Shown here one piece after another: positions 42,434 through 49,494 of a stretch of 64,000 nt of DNA; positions within the stretch are counted from its first letter, which is position 1; each line of letters opens with the position of its first letter. Source of the stretch: an uncultured Acetobacteraceae bacterium. GTDB lineage: Bacteria; Pseudomonadota; Alphaproteobacteria; Acetobacterales; Acetobacteraceae. Where the stretch lies: positions 335 through 64,334 of the forward strand of contig CALMVN010000146.1 of the NCBI GenBank assembly GCA_937873225.1. The letters are read 5' to 3'. The position numbers and the translations under genes were made by a program. The notes beneath the pieces are model-generated. The model was not told the DNA's origin, made no database searches, and saw nothing but the letters and a program-made list of their open reading frames with translations.

Positions 42434-43527
42434 TCGCGCTCCCTTCCGTTCAGCACCGACACCGACGCCGCCTTCACCAGCGCGACCAGCGTGACCCCCG
42501 CCGCCAGCTCCAGCCGGGCGACGGAGTCCCGTGTCACCCGCGCCAGCAGCACGGCATTCCCGCCCGGACGCGGCTCCAGCACCACCACAGCTTCCGCCTC
42601 TCCTGCGGGGCGTATCGCCCGCACACGCATCGGCAGCGCGTTCTGGGCGCTGGTTCGGAGCGCCGCACCCTCCGGCCGGAGCAGCACCACCTCGTGCGCC
42701 GGGACAGACACCCGCAGCCGCGTGCCCACGTCAAGCGGCAGGATTGCCACCGACAGCGCGAACCCGTCCGCCTCGATCCGGCTCAGCCCGCGTTCCGGCT
42801 CGTGCCCCGATACCACGCCCTCCAGCAGCGCCGCCGCGTCGGGCCGGTCCGCCATCGCACCGGACAGGATCGCCGCCACCGGGCCGCAGGCCACCACGCG
42901 CCCGGCCTCGACCAGCGCCAGCGTGTCGCACAGCTGCATCGCTTCCGCCCGCTGGTGCGTCACGTAGAGGATCGGCAGCCCGGCATGCGCACGCAGCCGG
43001 GCCAGGAACGGCAGGATCTCCGCCCGTCGCGGGGCGTCGAGCGCGGACAAGGGCTCGTCCATCGCCAGCAGCGCCGGCCGCGACAGCAGGGCGCGCCCGA
43101 TCGCCACGCGCTGCCGCTCGCCGCCGGACAGGGCGCGGGTGCGACGGCGCAGCAGCGGCTCCAGCCCGAGCAGCGCCACCACCTCGTCGAAGCCGGGCCC
43201 CGACGCAGAAGCCGGCGCCCGTTTGGCGCCGTAGCGCAGGTTCCCGGTCACCGACAGGTGCGGGAACAGCCGTCCGTCCTGGAACACGGTGCCGATGCGG
43301 CGCGCTTCCGGCTTCAGCCAGGTTCCGGGCCCGGACAGCACACGGTCGCCCAGCCTGATCTCGCTCCAGTCCGGCCGGAACGCGCCGCACAGCGCCGACA
43401 CCAGGGTGCTCTTGCCGGCGCCGGACGGCCCGAACAGCCCGACGATCCCGGGCAGGGGCGCCTGGAGCGACAGGTCCAGCGCCTGCCCGGTCGCGAACCG
43501 GTGCCGCAGCCGCACCTGGAGCGTCAC
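42412..43527 (-). CDS. modC: Molybdate ABC transporter ATP-binding protein
   Basis: GPSGAGKS, VFQDGRLFPHL, LSGGERQR, MDEPLSALD, LYVTHQ, C-terminal TOBE/Mop region. GTG 43527. Confidence 0.94.
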   Translation of the reverse strand: MTLQVRLRHRFATGQALDLSLQAPLPGIVGLFGPSGAGKSTLVSALCGAFRPDWSEIRLGDRVLSGPGTWLKPEARRIGTVFQDGRLFPHLSVTGNLRYGAKRAPASASGPGFDEVVALLGLEPLLRRRTRALSGGERQRVAIGRALLSRPALLAMDEPLSALDAPRRAEILPFLARLRAHAGLPILYVTHQRAEAMQLCDTLALVEAGRVVACGPVAAILSGAMADRPDAAALLEGVVSGHEPERGLSRIEADGFALSVAILPLDVGTRLRVSVPAHEVVLLRPEGAALRTSAQNALPMRVRAIRPAGEAEAVVVLEPRPGGNAVLLARVTRDSVARLELAAGVTLVALVKAASVSVLNGREREWTSRPG

Positions 43528-44213
43528 CGACGACGCAGCCGGCGCAGCAGCAGCTCCGACAGGAACAGCCCGAGCAGCGCCAGGACGATCGACACCGTGG
43601 CCAGCCGCCCGGCCACCGCCTCGCCGCCCGGCACCTGCAGCGCCTGATAGATCGCCAGGGGCAGGGTCTGCGTGCGCCCCGGGATGCTGCCGGCAAAGGT
43701 GATCACCGCGCCGAACTCGCCGAGGCTCGCGGCATAGCCGACCGCCGCCGCGGCCAGCACGCCGGGAGTCGCCAGCGGCAGCGTCACGGTGGCGAAGCGG
43801 TCCAGCCGGCCGGCACCGAGCCCGGCCGCCGCCGCCTGCAGCCCCGGGTCGATCGCTTCCAGCGACAGCCGGATCGTGCGCACCATCAGCGGCAGCACCA
43901 TCACGCCGGTCGCCAGCGCCGCGCCTGCGCCGGTGAACACCAGCCGCGCCCGGAACAGCCGCCACAGCACCGCCCCGGCCGGCCCGTGCAGCCCGAACAG
44001 CAGCAGCAGCAGCCATCCGGTGACCACCGGCGGCAGCACCATCGGCAGGTGCACCAGCGCGTCCAGCAGCGGCCGGCCCGGCAGCACCGGACGCGCCAGC
44101 AGCGAGGCCAGCAGCAGCGCCACCGGCAGCGCCCCCCCGACCGCCATCAGCGCCACGCGCAGGGTGAGCCGCACCGCCTCCCATTGCCCGGGATCGAGCA
44201 GGGGACCGGGCAT
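43524..44213 (-). CDS. modB: Molybdate ABC transporter permease
   Basis: LVHLPMVLPPVVTG, LPLMVRTIRLSLE, EAA-like loop, SLGEFGAVITF, TLPLAIY. Confidence 0.95.
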   Translation of the reverse strand: MPGPLLDPGQWEAVRLTLRVALMAVGGALPVALLLASLLARPVLPGRPLLDALVHLPMVLPPVVTGWLLLLLFGLHGPAGAVLWRLFRARLVFTGAGAALATGVMVLPLMVRTIRLSLEAIDPGLQAAAAGLGAGRLDRFATVTLPLATPGVLAAAAVGYAASLGEFGAVITFAGSIPGRTQTLPLAIYQALQVPGGEAVAGRLATVSIVLALLGLFLSELLLRRLRRR

Positions 44214-45013
44214 CAGGGGCGGGTCTGGAACCCGGCGTCGCGGAACGCCGCGGTGGCGGGTGCTGCATGGAGGAAGCGCAGGAACGCCGTCGCCTCGGGG
44301 GCCGCCGTCAGCGCCGCGGCGGGATACAGGATCGGCGGATGGCTCCCTTCCGGAAAGGTTCCGGCCACCGACAGCCCCGGCGCCGCCCGGACGTCGCTGC
44401 CGTACACGATCCCGGCGCGGACCTCGCCGCGTTCCACCAGCAGCAGCGCCGCCCGGACGTTCTCCGCCGGGGCCAGCCGGTCGGCCACCGACGCCCACAG
44501 CCCGAGCTTCCGCAGCGCCGCCTCCGCGTAGATCCCGGCCGGCACCGAACGCGGGTCGCCGACCGCGAGCCGGCCGCCCGGTCCGAGCAGCCCGGCAAGA
44601 TCGAGCTGCGGCCCGATCGTCACCGACGGCTGTCCCCGCTTCTCCACCAGCACCAGTGTGTTGCCGAGCAGGTCGCCGCGCGTGCCGGGCCGCACCAGCC
44701 CGCGGGCCGCCAGCCAGTCCATCCACTTCTCGTCCGCAGACACGAACAGGTCGGCCGGCGCGCCCTGTGCCGCCTGCTGCGCCAGCACGGCGCTGGAGGC
44801 GAAGGACAGGGCCGGCATCGGATGCCCCTGCGCCACCCACAGACGCGCGACCCTGCCCATCGCGTCGGTCAGGCTGGCGGCGGCGAACACCGTGATCGGC
44901 CGCTCCGCGGCACGAACCCGGCCGGCAAGCCCCGGCAGGAGCGCCAAGGCCAGCCCGAGGACGAGCGTCACCGTTCCCACGCCGCCGCGTCCGCCCGTCC
45001 TGCCCGACACCAT
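44213..45013 (-). CDS. modA: Molybdate ABC transporter substrate-binding protein
   Basis: VFAAASLTDA, SFASSAVLA, GAPADLFVSAD, LLGNTLVL, GDPRSVPAGIYA, NVRAAL, GIVYGSD. Confidence 0.95.
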   Translation of the reverse strand: MVSGRTGGRGGVGTVTLVLGLALALLPGLAGRVRAAERPITVFAAASLTDAMGRVARLWVAQGHPMPALSFASSAVLAQQAAQGAPADLFVSADEKWMDWLAARGLVRPGTRGDLLGNTLVLVEKRGQPSVTIGPQLDLAGLLGPGGRLAVGDPRSVPAGIYAEAALRKLGLWASVADRLAPAENVRAALLLVERGEVRAGIVYGSDVRAAPGLSVAGTFPEGSHPPILYPAAALTAAPEATAFLRFLHAAPATAAFRDAGFQTRP

Positions 45014-45044
45014 GTCCCGCTTCCCCACCGTTCGCTGCAACCCC

Positions 45045-45095
45045 GGTGTCCTGCCCCTGAATTCGCAGGCGAATTCCAGGGATGAGCAGGCCACC
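45045..45095. repeat. Long imperfect palindrome, copy 1
   Basis: GGTGTCCTGC-CCCTG-AATTCG-cagg-CGAATT-c-CAGGG-atga-GCAGGCCACC. Confidence 0.7.
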
Positions 45096-45113
45096 ACCTC
45101 AATGAAACGACCC

Positions 45114-45163
45114 GTGTCCACTGAGATCCTGAAGTCCGACGGACTTCAGGATCGGGACACTAG
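45114..45163. repeat. Long imperfect palindrome, copy 2 (ends in CTAG)
   Basis: GTGTCC-actgag-ATCCTGAAGTCC-gac-GGACTTCAGGAT-cg-GGACAC-TAG, with a perfect 12-bp inner stem. Confidence 0.75.
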
Positions 45164-45217
45164 ATCGGACCGCCTCGCGCGACCAACTCCCGGAACGACC
45201 GCACGGGGAAACCGTCC

Positions 45218-46054
45218 ATGACCCAGCCGAGCCCGTCCGCCGCCCTCGTCGCCGACACCCTGGACCGCCTGCGGGCGCAGGGCCCGCTGGTGCACAGCAT
45301 CACCAACCTGGTGGTCACCAACAGCACCGCCAACGCCCTGCTGGCGGTCGGCGCCTCGCCCGCCATGGTCGAGTCGGCCGAGGAGGCCGGCCCGTTCGCG
45401 CGGGTCGCGGACGCGCTGGTGATCAACCTCGGCACCATGACCGCCGAGCGCGCCCGCGGCATGCACGCCGCCGCCTCGGCCGCCCGGGACGCCGGCACGC
45501 CCTGGGTCCTCGACCCGGTCGCGGTGGGGGCGCTGGCGTTCCGCTCGACCGTCGCGGTCGAGCTGCTGGCGCACCGGCCGCAGGCGATACGCGGCAACGC
45601 GTCGGAGATCCTCGCCCTCGACGCCCTGCTTGGCGGCGCGCCGGCGATCGCCGGCCGGGGTGTCGATGCCGCACACGACGCGGCGTCGGCGCTGGATGCC
45701 GCCCGTCGGCTGGCGGAACGGAGCGGCGCCGTCGTCACCGTCAGCGGGCCGGTGGACCGGGTGACGGACGGGCGCCGCCTGGCCGAGGTCGCCAACGGCC
45801 ATCCCCTGATGCCGCGCGTCACCGGGCTCGGCTGCACGGCGACGGCGCTGGTCGGCGCCTGCCTCGCGGTCGAGCCCGACCCGCTGCTGGCGTCCGCCTG
45901 CGGCATGACGCTGATCGGCCTGGCCGGGGAGCTCGCCGCGGAACGCGCCCGCGGCCCCGGCTCGCTGCAGGTGGAGCTGCTGGACGCGCTGCATCGCCTC
46001 GACCGGCCGACGATCCTGGCCCGTGCGCGCCTCCAGCTGCACCCGCTTGCCTGA
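45218..46054 (+). CDS. thiM: Hydroxyethylthiazole kinase
   Basis: PLVHSITNLV, NALLAVGASPAM, INLGTM, WVLDPVAVG, IRGNASEI, VTGLGC, GPGSLQVELLDAL. Confidence 0.96.
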   Translation: MTQPSPSAALVADTLDRLRAQGPLVHSITNLVVTNSTANALLAVGASPAMVESAEEAGPFARVADALVINLGTMTAERARGMHAAASAARDAGTPWVLDPVAVGALAFRSTVAVELLAHRPQAIRGNASEILALDALLGGAPAIAGRGVDAAHDAASALDAARRLAERSGAVVTVSGPVDRVTDGRRLAEVANGHPLMPRVTGLGCTATALVGACLAVEPDPLLASACGMTLIGLAGELAAERARGPGSLQVELLDALHRLDRPTILARARLQLHPLA

Positions 46055-46064
46055 GCCCGATCTG

Positions 46065-46080
46065 GAACATATGGTGAACA
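46065..46080. promoter_or_regulatory. Alphaproteobacterial LexA (SOS) box
   Basis: GAACA-tatggt-GAACA, equal to GAAC-N7-GAAC, in the intergenic region 51 nt before ATG 46131. Confidence 0.7.
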
Positions 46081-46130
46081 CCGTCCGGCCGCCGTGCGCC
46101 GGACGCCCTGCAACGACGAGGCTTCCCGCG

Positions 46131-46382
46131 ATGTCGATGACCACCCGGATCATCTACCAGCCCTACCACCATGCCGGCCATGCCTCGCTGCGCGCCGGCA
46201 CGCCGGTCGCCTGCCGCACCGCGGAGGAAGGCCTGCGACGGGCCGAGCGCGCCTTTTCCGCGGGCCTGGTGGCGGGCGCGGACGTGGTGCTGGTGCGGCA
46301 CGACGAGGATGCGGACGAGTTCGGCGATCCCGAGTTCATCGGCCGGCTGGGCGACACGCCGGATCCGGCCGAACCGTCCTGA
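46131..46382 (+). CDS. Hypothetical 83-aa protein, probably SOS-regulated
   Basis: Codon usage matches neighbouring genes; sequence IYQPY...D.DADEFGDPEFIGRLGDTP. Start is 46131 or 46137. Confidence 0.7.
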   Translation: MSMTTRIIYQPYHHAGHASLRAGTPVACRTAEEGLRRAERAFSAGLVAGADVVLVRHDEDADEFGDPEFIGRLGDTPDPAEPS

Positions 46383-46397
46383 TCCGGCCGGAAACGC

Positions 46398-48785
46398 TCA
46401 GCCCGCCGGGCGTCGCGGCAGCTGGCGCCGCAGCAGCTCCTCGAACTGCCTGAACACCGGCGCGCGGGCTATGGTGAAGTCGGTGCGACCCGGCTCCGCC
46501 GCCGGCTCCGCGTCCTGGACATCGCCCGGGGCGACGAACTGCATCTCCGAGGACCCTTCCAGCAGGACAGGCGAGTCGTAGATGTGCAGGTCGGGGCGGT
46601 TCTGGAGGTTCCAGCGGCTGGTCAGCACCAGGCCGGGCGTGTTGCAGATCCAGCGGTACTTCGCGAGTGCCGCACCCAGGAGGGCGATGAAGCCGTCGGC
46701 GCGGGAACACCACAGCACGCTGCGCAGCGCCGAACGGTTGATGTTGTCGACGAACCGCACGCCCGACCGCCCGGCGACGTCCGCCAGCGCACGCCCCAGC
46801 GCCAGCTCGTGCGCCAGGTCGCTGCCGGCCGGGGCCTGCCCCGCCTGGCCGTGGTCGTGAACGTCGTTCAAGCCGTCCAGCACCACCGTGCAGCCGGGAA
46901 AGGCGCGCGCGAGGTGGCGGAGCAGGGCGGTCGCGAAGTCGTCCAGGTCGACCATGGTGCGGTTGCCGGTCCGGATGCCGAGCAGGATCACCGGCGCCGG
47001 CCGCCGCCTGGCCGCATCCGCTTCCCGGCGCGCCGCCTGCAGCTCCGGCCTCGCCTCGGCCGCTGCCAGCACCGCGCCGCGGAGCGAGGCCGGCACGCTG
47101 ATCGCGGTGTACTTGATGACGCGCTGGCGGCGCCGGTAGAACGCGTCGACGTGCGATGCGAACGGTGCGGCCTGGCGGGCGATGCGTCCGTCCAGCGACG
47201 GGAAGATGCGCTCCTCCGGCCCGAAGAACTGCTGCGTGCGGTCCAGCTCGAACATCTGCAGCTGCGGCAGCCGGTCCGTCGGCAGGTTCTGGCGCAGCAT
47301 GGCGGCGAGCCCCGACAGGTCCTGCCACACGTAGTGCCCGATGTGCATGGCGCAGCCGCCGAACACCAGCTGCACGGCGGGGTCCACCGGCCGGTCCCGT
47401 CCTTCCGCCAGCGCCGCGTCGAACCGGCTGAGATGGCGCAGCATCGTGTCGCCGACCCGGGGGATGGGCACGAAGTCGTGGGCGGTGGCCGGCGTCTGCA
47501 TCACCAGCAGCTCCGCGGTCGGAAAGTACAGCGCGTAGTTGCGGAAATGCCCGCCCGAGCAGATCACGTAGAACACCAGCCCGGTCGCCTCCTGGAGGAA
47601 GCGGTAGGCGAAGCAGTCCCGCTCCAGCAGAAGCGCGAACCCGTCGCTGTCCACCGGGTCGCCGTCCGCAGGCGAGGGCCACTGCATGCGCCCGGTCCGG
47701 AGCAGCCGGTTGGCTTCCTGCTCGAGGGGGTGCAGCACGGCGCGGCGCATCAGCTCCGGCTCGAAGCCGCGCAGGCCGCGCCGCGTCGGCACCAGGTAGC
47801 CGAGCCCGGGCGGCAGGGTGTCGCTGAGCGCCCAGATCCGCGTCTCGCCGCCCCGTCCGGTCGCCTCCATCCAGGCCGGGGCCAGGCTGCCCAGGTCGGC
47901 GGACGGCACGCCGCCGGTCACCGCGGCGAGCGGCGGGGACGGCCCGTCGCGGCCCAGCACCCCCTGCTCCCACAGCCCCTCGAACGCCGGCATCGCCTGG
48001 CGCAGCACGTGCTCCCGCAGGGCGGGCGGCAGGTGGCCCAGATGATGTCCGACCACGCGCCCGTGCAGGTCGGCGAACCAGGCCGCCCGTTCCCCGTCGC
48101 GGTGGCGCAGCGCGATCGTCAGCATCGGCGCGAAACCGGTCTCGATCGCCTCGACCCGCCACCCGTCCTGCAGCTCGGCAGGGGTTCCGCCGGGGCCGAG
48201 CGGCACCATCGCGCCGGGATGGCCGATGCGGTAGCCGCTGGTGCCGGCGACGGGCTCGAAGCGGAGCGGCGGCGGCGGACCCTGCCAGGTCTGCGCGGCC
48301 TGCACCGACGGTGCCGGCGCGTCCAGCAGCGCGTCCAGCCCGTGCCGCACCACCTGCGGCAGCCGGAGATAGGCCTGCACCGCGGGCGGCATGGCGATGC
48401 GGATCGGCGCGTCGCGGGTCATGGACAGCCACAGCGCCACCTCGCGCATGCGGGCGGCCGAGCGGGCGCGCTCCGCGTGCGGCCGCTCGTGCGGCGGCGG
48501 CGCCATCCGGCCGGTGTTGTCGATGTTCCACCAGGCGAACTCGCCGTTCTCGTGTCGCAGCACCAGCAGCCATAGCGGGTCCAGCAGCGTGAACAGGCTG
48601 TCCGCCCGCCAGCCCGGGTTGAACAGCCGCACCGGCCGCTCCGCGCTCATCAGCGCGATCGGCGGGCGGCCGGGGATGCGCAGGAGCATCCCGTCCGGGC
48701 CGTGATGCACCGGACGCTCGACCAGCAGCGGCAGCGCTCCGCCGACGGCATCGTCGGCCAACCTGGTTCCGGTTCCTTCAAACAC
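46398..48785 (-). CDS. Large hypothetical protein: two 40-aa N-terminal repeats plus a C-terminal GT61/DUF563-like glycosyltransferase-type region
   Basis: Protein-like sequence runs from about 48785 (GTG) or 48761 (TTG) to the stop. C-terminal motifs HIGHYVWQDL, LLGIRTGNR, TVVLDG, ADGFIALLGAALA. The frame stays open to 49640, so the start is uncertain (ATG 49280 is possible). Confidence 0.75.
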   Translation of the reverse strand: MFEGTGTRLADDAVGGALPLLVERPVHHGPDGMLLRIPGRPPIALMSAERPVRLFNPGWRADSLFTLLDPLWLLVLRHENGEFAWWNIDNTGRMAPPPHERPHAERARSAARMREVALWLSMTRDAPIRIAMPPAVQAYLRLPQVVRHGLDALLDAPAPSVQAAQTWQGPPPPLRFEPVAGTSGYRIGHPGAMVPLGPGGTPAELQDGWRVEAIETGFAPMLTIALRHRDGERAAWFADLHGRVVGHHLGHLPPALREHVLRQAMPAFEGLWEQGVLGRDGPSPPLAAVTGGVPSADLGSLAPAWMEATGRGGETRIWALSDTLPPGLGYLVPTRRGLRGFEPELMRRAVLHPLEQEANRLLRTGRMQWPSPADGDPVDSDGFALLLERDCFAYRFLQEATGLVFYVICSGGHFRNYALYFPTAELLVMQTPATAHDFVPIPRVGDTMLRHLSRFDAALAEGRDRPVDPAVQLVFGGCAMHIGHYVWQDLSGLAAMLRQNLPTDRLPQLQMFELDRTQQFFGPEERIFPSLDGRIARQAAPFASHVDAFYRRRQRVIKYTAISVPASLRGAVLAAAEARPELQAARREADAARRRPAPVILLGIRTGNRTMVDLDDFATALLRHLARAFPGCTVVLDGLNDVHDHGQAGQAPAGSDLAHELALGRALADVAGRSGVRFVDNINRSALRSVLWCSRADGFIALLGAALAKYRWICNTPGLVLTSRWNLQNRPDLHIYDSPVLLEGSSEMQFVAPGDVQDAEPAAEPGRTDFTIARAPVFRQFEELLRRQLPRRPAG
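48054..48623 (-). repeat. Internal protein repeat (48504-48623 and 48054-48173)
   Basis: Gapless 40-aa alignment with 15 identities: GWRxxxxxTxxxPxxxxxLRHxxGExAxWxxDxxGR. Confidence 0.8.
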
Positions 48786-49494
48786 GCCATACCTCGCAGC
48801 AGGACACGCAGCCGCGTCCGGATCGCCCGTCCTCGGGCCGCCGGATGCCGTCGCACCAGCCCGGTAGATGCCGCGAACAATGCCGAACGGTCCACGACGA
48901 AGTTGATGTCGTGGCGCAGCGGCGGCGCGGCGTCCCGCCGGCGACCGGCAGCACCCGGCCGGGATCGGCGATCCGGCCGCTCGAACCGTCGCCGGTGCGC
49001 GCGATGACGAGCGGCGACGCGGCCGCATCCGGCCGGGATCCGGCAGACAATCGCGCCCTTCCGCCGCTTCCGGCAGGCCGTCCGGCCCGGACGGCGGGTC
49101 GATTGCGCGACGCACCGGCACCCGGACAGGGTCGAACAGGTGGACGGGCCTGTCGCGCCATCCCGGCCCGAACGACCGCACCGGCCCCGCACCGCGAGGG
49201 ATCGCGACCGGGAACGGCCGAAAGGGCGGAGCCCGGGCCCGCTCCGCCCGTTGCCGAATCCGGAGCGGAACAGGATCCATGTCGATCCCCGTGAAGCCGC
49301 CTTCCGTCGCGGAGCCATGGCTTCCGCGGCGCGGGCCGCTTCCGCGAGGAACGGTCGGCACGCGAGTCCGCCCGGCTTCAGGCGGGCGACCTCCGGGACG
49401 CCGCGCATCGCCGGCAGGCGGTTTGACAGGACGGATCGCCCGTGTTGGGTGCGGCGCCGCCCCTTTCGACCCGCGCGTCCAGGATCCGCCGCCG

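Noticed and set aside
45192-45216. GGAAC-N16-CGTC before thiM
   Set aside because: The -10 is mismatched and abuts the start codon, leaving no room for a TSS.
45040-45217. TPP riboswitch (CTGAGA at 45121) or Moco riboswitch
   Set aside because: CTGAGA lies inside a palindrome, and the other conserved segments of either riboswitch are not visible on the relevant strand.
49423-49428. Perfect TTGACA upstream of mscS
   Set aside because: No credible -10 hexamer at 16-18 nt spacing.
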